This document shows positions 1 to 8,763 of a DNA stretch of 64,000 nt, one piece after another. The stretch is from Calditrichaceae bacterium (lineage in GTDB: Bacteria; Calditrichota; Calditrichia; Calditrichales; JBFXGD01), in NCBI GenBank assembly GCA_050173015.1, contig JBFXLE010000002.1:64001-128000 (forward strand). The letters are read 5' to 3'. The translations under genes were made by a program, and so were the position numbers. Position 1 is the first letter of the stretch. Each line of letters opens with the position of its first letter. The notes beneath the pieces are model-generated. The model ran no database searches, had not been told where the DNA came from, and saw only the letters and a list, made by a program, of their open reading frames with translations.

Positions 1-1873
1 AATGATTTCTGGATTCGACCCGGGATTGCTCAATATTTTGATAGGTCCAGAAATCATCGAAATCAACCGCGAGATTTCGATTGTATTCTACCGCGTCATC
101 AAAATGATTGATAAAATTTCTGTCAAGTCTGATCTGAAATCGGCGATTCTCGAATGTGCCAAATAACAAATCGCCTCGCTGAGTCCATTCAGGGTCGAAT
201 GTCGCGCCAATAAATGATGTCATTTTGTATGACCGTATCGGCTCAGATTGCGATAGACTTTTTAGAGGCTCACTGACCAGATAAATATTGTATGAACCGG
301 CAACATCCGATGTATAGGCAAGATACTTCCCATCCGGAGAAAAGACAGGGGACTGGTCTTTTTGGAGCCCGGCGGTGATATAATAGATTTCGCCTGAATT
401 TTTATTCAATACAAATATGTTTTTCGCGCCAAGTTTTCCAAAATTGGTCCGGTCAGATGAGAAAGCGATAAAATTTCCGTCAGGTGACCAGGATGGATCC
501 GTGTCATCATAAAAATCGTTTGTCAGTCGTATTAATTCCGTGTTCTCAAGCCTAAACAGGTAGAGATCTTTGTATCCAGATTTATCCAGTCCGCTGAACA
601 CAATCTCTTTTCCGTCCGGAGACCAGGCGGGGGACAATATAGCGACCAGACCCTTAAAATAGTGTTTGGAGATAATCTCTTTTCTGTTTATGTCAAATAC
701 ATATAGCGCATCGGTTTCCCCGCTCTTGGAGGTAAAGGTTAACAATCCTTCGTCGTTAACATCAATTTTTGAGTAGAAAATGTGAAATGCCTCAAAATCC
801 GAACTTGTTTCGCCCTTGACTAAAAGCTCTACTTCATCTTTTTCATCGGGATCAACCGGTTTTATTTGCTTACGGTAAATACTGGAATAGCCCGTCCGGT
901 TCGCAACAAAAACAACGTACTCTTTTTGCCCGTCATGATAATAAGCCGGTTTAAAATTATAACCGTCTCTTACGATGGTTTCGGTAACCTGGTCCGAAAA
1001 ATCATCATCACCAAGCATAGGATAATATGTTTTTTTCAGGTGATACAGGTATTCTCTGTCAAATTGTTTATAATTCAGACCGGTCGCGTCTGTGAAACTG
1101 AGCTCAAAATAATCATATTTCCAGGCGTTTTCCATCATCAGAAGGATTTTGTCTTCGCCGAAATTGTCGGCAACATAGTTAAGGATGTTTTGACCGAATT
1201 TATACATGGAGTAGGTGCCCTGGATCAGATACATTCGTTCCAGTCCAACCGCATAATTGTTCAAAACAGCATCCTTAACAACCATTTCGCCCTGAGCGTC
1301 CCATTCACCGGACCAAAGCTCTGCAAGTCCTTCGGTAAACCATAAAGGAGGATACGCGCCGTCACCTTTTCCATGACCATAAATCACATTAAATATTTTC
1401 GAGTGCATAAAGACATGAACCAGTTCGTGCCGAATCACTCTTTTGAACTGAAATAAATCTCCATTACTGGGGATAACCACTCTTCCTTTTAAAAATTCAA
1501 AAAATCCTCCGACTCCTTCGGGTATAAATCCCGGTGTGATATTGGTCTGTTGGAAATGCAGATGAGAGCTGTAAAAAATGAGCGGAATTCTTCTTGTAAT
1601 TGAATAATTAAATTTTGTTTCAAGGAAGGCAAAACTTTCTTCGGCAAATCTGGCTCCTTTTTCTGCGATATCTTCCATTTCAGGATAATAATAAATATCA
1701 AAATGGGCGGTCTTCAAAACCTGCCAGTTAAAATCAGTATATTGGACTTTGTTACGGCCGTAATAAAATCCCTGAGCGGAAGTAACAGAAACCTCGAGAA
1801 GGATGAAGAAAAAAACAGGGGAGCCAATCAGAATATTTTTTTTGAATTTATTAAATTTTTCAATTATCTTCAT
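1..1873 (-). CDS. Secreted peptidase MA-like (HExxH) + TolB/PD40 beta-propeller protein, probably the family with a C-terminal BamA/Omp85-like barrel; 3' end outside window
   Basis: Not in the ORF track because it runs off the edge. Translation from ATG at 1873 (-): MKIIEKFNKFKKNILIGSPVFFFILLEVSVTSAQGFYYGRNKVQYTDFNWQVLKTAHFDIYYYPEMED..., then RVIRHELVHVF and PPLWFTEGLAE, then repeated PxWSPDG/PVFSPDG propeller motifs. The barrel is not visible in the window and is inferred from family knowledge. Confidence 0.8.
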   Translation of the reverse strand, partial: MKIIEKFNKFKKNILIGSPVFFFILLEVSVTSAQGFYYGRNKVQYTDFNWQVLKTAHFDIYYYPEMEDIAEKGARFAEESFAFLETKFNYSITRRIPLIFYSSHLHFQQTNITPGFIPEGVGGFFEFLKGRVVIPSNGDLFQFKRVIRHELVHVFMHSKIFNVIYGHGKGDGAYPPLWFTEGLAELWSGEWDAQGEMVVKDAVLNNYAVGLERMYLIQGTYSMYKFGQNILNYVADNFGEDKILLMMENAWKYDYFELSFTDATGLNYKQFDREYLYHLKKTYYPMLGDDDFSDQVTETIVRDGYNFKPAYYHDGQKEYVVFVANRTGYSSIYRKQIKPVDPDEKDEVELLVKGETSSDFEAFHIFYSKIDVNDEGLLTFTSKSGETDALYVFDINRKEIISKHYFKGLVAILSPAWSPDGKEIVFSGLDKSGYKDLYLFRLENTELIRLTNDFYDDTDPSWSPDGNFIAFSSDRTNFGKLGAKNIFVLNKNSGEIYYITAGLQKDQSPVFSPDGKYLAYTSDVAGSYNIYLVSEPLKSLSQSEPIRSYKMTSFIGATFDPEWTQRGDLLFGTFENRRFQIRLDRNFINHFDDAVEYNRNLAVDFDDFWTYQNIEQSRVESRNH

Positions 1874-2034
1874 GGTCTGACCTAATGCATCGGATTCTTT
1901 TAATTATCAACTTAAAAGTAGAGTCCGATGTTTCCATTTTATGGAAATTTTACTTATTTTATGCAGAGATTGAGTAAACAGACTCAATATAGCGGAAAAA
2001 AATGTTCAATACAAAGTCGATCGAAGGGAATAAT

Positions 2035-3042
2035 ATGAAGTCTATTCTGGTAACAGGCGGCGCCGGTTTTATAGGTTCTAATTTTGTGCGGTATATGCTG
2101 AATAAATACCCGGATTACAGAATCATCGTCCTGGATGCTCTCACTTACGCGGGCAACAGGGAGAACTTATCAGATGTTGAGAGCAACCCAAGATTCTTTT
2201 TTTATCATGGTAACATCTGTGATGAGAAGATTGTTGATAATCTGATGAGCAATGTGGATTCTGTTGTTAATTTTGCTGCCGAAACTCATGTTGACAGATC
2301 GATTCATGAAGCCGGGGAGTTTATTGATACAGATATTAAAGGCACATTCGTATTATTGGAAGCCGCAAAAAAGCATAAAATCGAACGCTTCCTGCATATA
2401 TCAACAGATGAAGTGTACGGATCAATCGATAACGGTTCATTCAAAGAAACGGATCCTTTAATGCCCAACAGCCCGTATTCTTCGAGCAAAGCCGGTGGTG
2501 ACCTTCTTGTCCGGTCCTACTTTGTTACTTACGGACTTCCTGTATTAATCACACGCAGTTCAAATAACTACGGACCTTTCCAGTATCCGGAAAAACTAAT
2601 TCCGCTGTTTGTCACCAATGCCATCGACGGGATGCAGTTGCCGTTGTACGGGGATGGCAAAAATGTCAGAGATTGGCTCTATGTGGATGATAACTGTTCC
2701 GGTATCGATACCGTCTTGCATAAAGGCGCGCTTGGAGAAATATACAATATCGGCGGCGGTAACGAACGGGAAAATATATTTATAACTGATTATATTCTCA
2801 ACAAACTCGGGAAGCCAAAATCATTGATAAAATATGTTAAGGATCGCCCGGGTCATGACCGAAGATATTCGGTGGATATCAGTAAGATCGAAACTCTTGG
2901 GTGGAAACCGATAATTGAGCTTGAAGACGGATTGAAAAAAACGGTCGAATGGTATATGAATAACGAAAAATGGTGGAGAATGATCAAGGAAAAGCAGGAA
3001 GATTATAAAAAGTTTTACGAAAAGCAGTACACAGAACGTTGA
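2035..3042 (+). CDS. rfbB: dTDP-glucose 4,6-dehydratase
   Basis: GGAGFIG, AAETHVDRSI, STDEVYG, YSSSK, RPGHDRRY. ATG 2035 is preferred (GAAGGGA upstream); the ORF track starts at 2002. Confidence 0.95.
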   Translation: MKSILVTGGAGFIGSNFVRYMLNKYPDYRIIVLDALTYAGNRENLSDVESNPRFFFYHGNICDEKIVDNLMSNVDSVVNFAAETHVDRSIHEAGEFIDTDIKGTFVLLEAAKKHKIERFLHISTDEVYGSIDNGSFKETDPLMPNSPYSSSKAGGDLLVRSYFVTYGLPVLITRSSNNYGPFQYPEKLIPLFVTNAIDGMQLPLYGDGKNVRDWLYVDDNCSGIDTVLHKGALGEIYNIGGGNERENIFITDYILNKLGKPKSLIKYVKDRPGHDRRYSVDISKIETLGWKPIIELEDGLKKTVEWYMNNEKWWRMIKEKQEDYKKFYEKQYTER

Positions 3043-3043
3043 T

Positions 3044-3068
3044 TGGCCACCGGTCTTACCGGAGGCCA
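3044..3068 (+). terminator. GC-rich hairpin after rfbB (terminator or mRNA-stabilising stem)
   Basis: TGGCC-A-CCGGT-ctt-ACCGG-A-GGCCA directly after the stop codon; U tract is weak. Confidence 0.45.
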
Positions 3069-3120
3069 TTATTCAACAAGGTATCCGGTATTCTTTGCAG
3101 AATTCTAACCCGGTTCAATT

Positions 3121-4386
3121 ATGATCAAAAAAACCGCCTGTAAAAATCATCCGGATACCTTAACCGCGAGAAAATGCTATTACTGCGCGGATTCAATATG
3201 TTCCGCGTGTCAGAAACATTTTGAAAATCATCTGTTTTGCGGCCGAAAATGTTTTTACAAATGGAAAATAGTAGAGTTTATATCAAAATTCTCAATTTCA
3301 GCCGATACTGTAATATTGTTTTTACTGCTGGCTTTTTTAAATATTTTTACCATTTTTTATCTTAATACCAAAAATTCTGACTCACCGGATATTTCAGATG
3401 TGAAAGATATCAAGCCCGTCGGCGAGGGCATCTGGAAACTGGATACACTCCGCTATGGCATCAGCAATTCGTACCAAATTCGAATTAACGGTGGCGCGGG
3501 GAGCCTGATAGGGTTATGGCGGGACGGAAAATTTGTGGAAAGCCGGATTCAGACGGATACTTCGACATTCACATTTGACAAGCAATATTTAAAAACCGGT
3601 ATCAATCGCTTCGCTATTTGGGCTTTAACTGAGCGTGGGAAGCGTGTACTCATCGATTCATTTGCAGTCACCTTTGATTCCCCCCGACTGAATTTTCTTA
3701 AAAATCCTGTTTATGAATTCCGCAATAGCGGAAAAAATATTGCGTTGACATTTGATGGCGGCTCTCTTAATTCAGGCACTGCCGAAATACTTACCGCGTT
3801 AAAAAAGGCGGATGTCCGGTGTACTCTTTTCCTGACCGGAAGTTTTATCCGCAGATATCCCGAGCTTGTCCGCAAAATGATTGAAGATGGTCATGAAATC
3901 GGAAACCATTCAATGACACACCCTCACCTGACAATGCTTGAAATCGATCGCTCAAATCATACCAGAAATGGTGTTACCCGGGAATTTGTACAGCATCAGC
4001 TTTTGTCCGTCGATAGTTTGTTCCGAACCGTAACCAATCATCAAATGGCGCCTTTCTGGAGGGCTCCCTTCGGGGAAATTAATGAACAGGTTGCCTTATG
4101 GGCCGCGGAAATCGGTTTTAAACATATCGGCTGGTCACAGAATTGCGATTCCAGAGACTGGGTCGCGGATGCGGGATCTTCTCTGTACCGGACAAATACT
4201 GAAATTTTGCAGCACTTTATTGAACAGGAAGAACAATCGGGCATGAGCGGTAAAATCATTTTGATGCATCTGGGGAGTGAGAGAAAAGATGATTTTCCTT
4301 ATTTGATATTACCGGATTTGATTGAGCAGTTAAAGCGACGCGGATACGGATTTAAGACGATAAGTCAAATGTTTTCAAATAATTGA
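3121..4386 (+). CDS. Membrane-anchored polysaccharide deacetylase (CE4/NodB) with N-terminal B-box-like Zn finger
   Basis: N-terminal C-x2-H-x8-C-x2-C-x4-C-x2-C-x9-C-x3-C, one TM helix, then CE4 motifs TFDGG, GNHSMTHP, RAPFG, ILMH. Confidence 0.85.
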   Translation: MIKKTACKNHPDTLTARKCYYCADSICSACQKHFENHLFCGRKCFYKWKIVEFISKFSISADTVILFLLLAFLNIFTIFYLNTKNSDSPDISDVKDIKPVGEGIWKLDTLRYGISNSYQIRINGGAGSLIGLWRDGKFVESRIQTDTSTFTFDKQYLKTGINRFAIWALTERGKRVLIDSFAVTFDSPRLNFLKNPVYEFRNSGKNIALTFDGGSLNSGTAEILTALKKADVRCTLFLTGSFIRRYPELVRKMIEDGHEIGNHSMTHPHLTMLEIDRSNHTRNGVTREFVQHQLLSVDSLFRTVTNHQMAPFWRAPFGEINEQVALWAAEIGFKHIGWSQNCDSRDWVADAGSSLYRTNTEILQHFIEQEEQSGMSGKIILMHLGSERKDDFPYLILPDLIEQLKRRGYGFKTISQMFSNN

Positions 4387-4425
4387 CAATATTAGTATTA
4401 TGTCTTTCTTAAATAGCGGGAAACA

Positions 4426-5700
4426 GTGATGAAGAAGTTTCTTTTCATTTTGGCCTTGACAATATCTACCATAAATTTTCTTAATGCGGATGAGATTCAT
4501 GAGAAACCCTATGTGCTTGTCGTCTCGCTTGATGGCTTTCGTTGGGATTATCCGGACAGGGGAATTACGCCAAATCTGAATAATATGATCGAAAACGGCG
4601 TCAGGGCGCTATCCCTTATGCCTTCATTTCCATCAAAGACTTTTCCGAACCATTATACGATCGCGACCGGTTTATATCCCGAGAACCATGGCATCATAAG
4701 CAACAAATTCAGTGATCCGTTTACAGATGATGAATATGCTCTGGGAAACAAATGCGCTGTAAAAGACGACAGGTGGTATAACGGGGAAACAATATGGGTA
4801 ACCGCACAGAAGCAAGGTATAAAAACGGCAAGTTATTTCTGGCCGGGTTCTGAAACGGCGCTTGATTATAAGCATCCGACTTATTTTATGGAATATGACG
4901 GTTCCATTTCTCATGACGAGAGAATAGAAGGGGTGATAAACTGGTTAAAATTGCCAGGGGAAGAACGTCCTCATCTGATTTTCTTATATTTTAGTGATAC
5001 AGATACGAAAGGGCATCGTTACGGCCCGGATTCAGAGAAACTAAATGAAGCGGTCAGCTTGCTGGACAGTAAAATCGGTTTACTGCGGAAAAAGCTGAAG
5101 GATATGAATATGTCCGGCAAAGTTAATCTGATCGTACTTTCTGATCATGGGATGACAAATGTGTATTCGGAAAAAAACATAATGATCGATTTTACTAAAA
5201 GTTATGACAATGTGAATTGGGATATTTCGGGAACATTATTGTCTGGTTTTACGGGGGACAAAGCTGTTCGAAAAGTAATTTATGAACGTCTGAAAAAAAA
5301 TGAACAGGGATACCGAGTTTATCTTAAGCAGGATGTGCCTGAATATTTACACTATAAAAACCATCCTTTCATCGGAGATATAATAGCTATCGCGGAGCCG
5401 GGTTATACTTTCCAAACAACAGAGGCAAAAAATAGTAATGGAAGTTATTCAAAAGGGAATCACGGATTTGATAATACGGTTCTGGATATGCACGGGATAT
5501 TTTTTGCCGCGGGGCCGGCTTTTAAGAACAACTATCGCACCGGCACGATAGTTAATGTCGACATCTATCCTTTAATATGTAAAATCCTGGGTATCTCGCC
5601 AAATCTTATGATAGACGGGAAATTTGAGAGAATCGAATTTATGCTTGACACGGAAGAAACGAATTCAGAAAAGAAACTCCCGGTATCAACAATAAAATAA
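4426..5700 (+). CDS. Exported nucleotide pyrophosphatase/phosphodiesterase (alkaline phosphatase superfamily)
   Basis: Signal peptide; SLDGFR, SKTFPNH, DTKGH, SDHGM, GNHG. Confidence 0.9.
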   Translation: MMKKFLFILALTISTINFLNADEIHEKPYVLVVSLDGFRWDYPDRGITPNLNNMIENGVRALSLMPSFPSKTFPNHYTIATGLYPENHGIISNKFSDPFTDDEYALGNKCAVKDDRWYNGETIWVTAQKQGIKTASYFWPGSETALDYKHPTYFMEYDGSISHDERIEGVINWLKLPGEERPHLIFLYFSDTDTKGHRYGPDSEKLNEAVSLLDSKIGLLRKKLKDMNMSGKVNLIVLSDHGMTNVYSEKNIMIDFTKSYDNVNWDISGTLLSGFTGDKAVRKVIYERLKKNEQGYRVYLKQDVPEYLHYKNHPFIGDIIAIAEPGYTFQTTEAKNSNGSYSKGNHGFDNTVLDMHGIFFAAGPAFKNNYRTGTIVNVDIYPLICKILGISPNLMIDGKFERIEFMLDTEETNSEKKLPVSTIK

Positions 5701-5726
5701 GCGGCTAGTTCAGAATAGCCGCTTAT
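5697..5726. terminator. Inverted repeat between convergent genes, probably a bidirectional terminator
   Basis: ATAAGCGGCTA-gttcagaa-TAGCCGCTTAT, a perfect 11-bp stem. Confidence 0.7.
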
Positions 5727-5751
5727 GGTTTATTCGATAATTTTAGATCTA

Positions 5752-6813
5752 TCAGGCTACGGTTATTTCTTTCGATAAATAAACATTCTGAATGGCGTTC
5801 AGGAGTTTCACGCCATCTGCCATTGGTTTCTGGAATGCCTTGCGTCCGCTAATTAATCCCATACCCCCCGCGCGTTTATTAATTACGGCTGTTTTAACGG
5901 CCTGCGCCAGATCATTTTCACCGGAAGCGCCTCCCGAATTAATCAGTCCCGCGCGCCCCATATAGGAATTAATGACTTGCAGACGGGTTAAATCGATCGG
6001 ATGGTCTGAAGAGAGCTCTGTGTACACTTTTTTATTTGTTTTCCCAAACTTAATGGCATTAAAACCGCCATTATTTTCAGGTTGTTTTTGTTTGACAATA
6101 TCCGCTTCGATTGTAACACCCAGGTGGTTTGCCTGGCCGGTTAAATCAGCGCTGACATGATAATCTACACCGCCCTTTTTAAATTCCGGATTGCGAAGAT
6201 AGCACCATAATATAGTCGCCAATCCCATTTCATGGGCGATTTCAAATGCTTCACTTACCTCAATTATCTGACGGCTCGATTCTTCAGATCCAAAATAGAT
6301 TGTGGCGCCAACAGCCACCGCGCCCATATCCCGCGCCTGTCTGACGCTTGCGAACATGATCTGATCAAATTTGTTCGGATAGGTGAGCAGTTCATTATGA
6401 TTTAATTTTACGATGAATGGAATTTTATGTGCATATTTCCTGCTTACAGCGCCGAGAACACCAAGTGTCGATGCCACACCGTTACAACCGCCCTCAATCG
6501 CCAGCTTCACTATGCTTTCCGGGTCAAAATAGATTGGATTGGGCGCGAAAGAAGCGCCGGCCGTGTGCTCGATACCCTGATCAACCGGTAAAATGGATAG
6601 AAATCCGGTGTTTGCCAGTCTGCCGTGACTAAATAAAGATTGAAGATTTCTTAACACCGGAGTAGGACGATCGGAGACAGAAAAAATTCGGTCAATAAAA
6701 TCCGGGCCGGGCAGATGAAGCAGATCTTTAGTCACAGTTTTACAGGTATGGTTGAGTAAACTGTCAGCTTCATTTCCAAGCAGACTTACTATTTGATCAA
6801 GTGTTTGTCCCAT
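5752..6813 (-). CDS. fbaB: Class I fructose-bisphosphate aldolase (DhnA/FbaB type)
   Basis: [17 protein letters not shown] (Schiff-base Lys), [23 protein letters not shown] on the - strand. Confidence 0.95.
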   Translation of the reverse strand: MGQTLDQIVSLLGNEADSLLNHTCKTVTKDLLHLPGPDFIDRIFSVSDRPTPVLRNLQSLFSHGRLANTGFLSILPVDQGIEHTAGASFAPNPIYFDPESIVKLAIEGGCNGVASTLGVLGAVSRKYAHKIPFIVKLNHNELLTYPNKFDQIMFASVRQARDMGAVAVGATIYFGSEESSRQIIEVSEAFEIAHEMGLATILWCYLRNPEFKKGGVDYHVSADLTGQANHLGVTIEADIVKQKQPENNGGFNAIKFGKTNKKVYTELSSDHPIDLTRLQVINSYMGRAGLINSGGASGENDLAQAVKTAVINKRAGGMGLISGRKAFQKPMADGVKLLNAIQNVYLSKEITVA

Positions 6814-6863
6814 TATACCTCCAGTTTTTATTTGATTTAAATAATGTTTCCAGTCGGTATAAA

Positions 6864-6881
6864 TGTAATTTATAGATTACA
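6864..6881. promoter_or_regulatory. Palindromic operator or enhancer TGTAAT-N6-ATTACA
   Basis: Perfect 6-bp inverted repeat with a 6-bp spacer in the divergent fbaB/kamA intergenic region; resembles the TyrR-family box TGTAAA-N6-TTTACA. Confidence 0.5.
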
Positions 6882-7095
6882 CTGAATAACCTTAACCGGG
6901 TACAATTTATTGTTATTAAATTAATAAAATGAATTATAGAAAGAAAATATTATTTAAGTATTTTATTTGCCTCAAATCATGAATATTAGCATTTATGGCT
7001 AATATGACAGGATTTTTAGTGTTATTTTCAAAATAACGCAATTATTGCCGGAAAAAGGTACATTTATATTTAGATATCTCTTTTTTTAACAAAAA

Positions 7096-7112
7096 TGGGC
7101 ATGGAATTTGCA
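7096..7112 (+). promoter_or_regulatory. Sigma-54 (-24/-12) promoter
   Basis: TGGGCATGGAATTTGCA gives GG-N10-GC and matches YTGGCACGRNNNTTGCW at most positions; 60 bp upstream of the radical SAM gene. Confidence 0.65.
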
Positions 7113-7172
7113 ATAAAAATCATTTTTTCCTATCTTGTATTCTGAAAAAAATACAAAACGAGGGAGACTAAT

Positions 7173-8465
7173 ATGTTCTATTCACTTTCTAGATTCCTCA
7201 AGTCACCCTACGCCACTAATCTGACTGCTACAGATCTGGATGACCTGAGGTATTTAACAAAGATATTTCCTTTCAAAGTCAGTACGTATGTTCTTAAAGA
7301 ACTGATTGACTGGTCAAACTGGAAGGATGATCCGATATACCGTTTAGTGTTTCCAAGAAAAGAAATGTTAACACGGGAAAACTGGGAACTGCTTAAAAAC
7401 GCCGGAAATCTAACAGAAGAAAAAGAAATAATCAGAAAAATACGCCATCATTTGAATCCGCATCCCGATGGACAAAAGGACAATATCCCTTCGATAGGAG
7501 ACCGATCATTTGGCGGTATTCAGCATAAGTATAAAGAAACTGTTTTATTCTTTCCCGCGCAGGGGCAAACCTGCCATTCGTATTGTACCTACTGTTTTCG
7601 ATGGGCGCAATTTGTAAATCTCGATGAACATAAATTCAGATCAAAAGAACATAACGATCTTTTTGATTATCTTTCCGCCAATAAAGGGGTTACGGATATT
7701 CTATTTACAGGTGGTGATCCACTCTATATGACCAATGAGACTCTGTTCAGCTATCTTGATATCATCATGATGCCGGAACTTGAGCACATACGGAATATCC
7801 GTATCGGATCGAAAGCCATGGCCTTTCATCCTTCACGTTTTCTTGGTGATGAAGGTGATGATCTTATGGAAAAATTTGATCTCATAAAAAGAGGTGGAAA
7901 GAATGTTACTCTGATGGCTCATTTTAGTCATCCCAGAGAACTGAGTACCGAGAGAGTCGCTAAAGCGGCAAGAAGGTTGAAATCAGCGGGTGTTACGATA
8001 AGAACGCAGGCGCCGTTGATAAGAAATATAAACGACAACTCCGAAATTTGGCGGGAGATGTGGAACAAACAGGTGAGCATGGGGATGATTCCTTATTATA
8101 TGTTTATTGAAAGGGATACCGGCGCTCATAATTATTTCTCGGTACCGCTGTACAGGGCATATGAAATCTTTACCGAGGCTTATTCACAGGTGTCCGGTCT
8201 TGCCAAAACGGTACGCGGACCATCAATGTCCGCTCATCCGGGCAAAATACTGGTTGATGGAATCGCTGATGTGAACGGCGAAAAGAAATTTATACTCAAG
8301 TTCATACAGGCAAGAAATCCAAAAATGATCAATAGACCATTTTTTGCCAAATATGACGAGAAAGCTACCTGGCTTAATGAGTTAACTATTGAAGCTCCTC
8401 TTCAATTTTCAGCTAGCGGAATGATTGATCATGAGGAAGATATTGAAGCTAATGGAGTAGCCTGA
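7173..8465 (+). CDS. KamA-family radical SAM/PLP aminomutase (BlsG-like subgroup; substrate unknown)
   Basis: QHKYKETVL, CHSYCTYCFR (CxxxCxxC), FTGGDP, RGPSMSAHPGK (candidate PLP Lys); GGGAG RBS. Confidence 0.88.
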   Translation: MFYSLSRFLKSPYATNLTATDLDDLRYLTKIFPFKVSTYVLKELIDWSNWKDDPIYRLVFPRKEMLTRENWELLKNAGNLTEEKEIIRKIRHHLNPHPDGQKDNIPSIGDRSFGGIQHKYKETVLFFPAQGQTCHSYCTYCFRWAQFVNLDEHKFRSKEHNDLFDYLSANKGVTDILFTGGDPLYMTNETLFSYLDIIMMPELEHIRNIRIGSKAMAFHPSRFLGDEGDDLMEKFDLIKRGGKNVTLMAHFSHPRELSTERVAKAARRLKSAGVTIRTQAPLIRNINDNSEIWREMWNKQVSMGMIPYYMFIERDTGAHNYFSVPLYRAYEIFTEAYSQVSGLAKTVRGPSMSAHPGKILVDGIADVNGEKKFILKFIQARNPKMINRPFFAKYDEKATWLNELTIEAPLQFSASGMIDHEEDIEANGVA

Positions 8466-8492
8466 TATCTTTGATTAATTTTGAAATGGGTT

Positions 8493-8524
8493 GTCTAAAT
8501 TTTTTGAGATCAAATTATTTAGAC
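8493..8524 (+). terminator. Hairpin after the radical SAM gene
   Basis: GTCTAAAT...ATTTAGAC stem followed by ttcctgttttctt. Confidence 0.4.
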
Positions 8525-8695
8525 TTCCTGTTTTCTTAATAATTCTTCAATAATTTCATTCTTATTTACCGATCATACAAATACCTCAAATATGTCCCCA
8601 CAAATATTATTATATATGCGTCGCCTTTTTTATAATATGATATAATCCGATTCATAAAATAAATCAAAAAAAATCATTTTTTTCTTTGATGATTC

Positions 8696-8722
8696 TGAAG
8701 TATTCCAAATATCTACCGATAT
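8696..8722 (+). promoter_or_regulatory. Possible sigma-28 (FliA/SigD-type) promoter of the pilus operon
   Basis: TGAA-N15-ACCGATAT versus consensus TAAA-N15-GCCGATA(A/T); 41 bp before the ATG. Confidence 0.4.
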
Positions 8723-8763
8723 AGGGTAAATGACAGATACGACTAGCAGAAAGTAGATTCCCG

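Noticed and set aside
866-1885. + strand ORFs 866-1345 and 1703-1885, and - strand ORF 1489-1701
   Set aside because: They are shadows or alternate frames of the long - strand CDS 1873->1, which has clear family motifs.
8466-8763. c-di-GMP (GEMM) or other riboswitch in the pilus leader
   Set aside because: The region is AT-rich and lacks the GGCAAA/GAAA/GCAAA elements.
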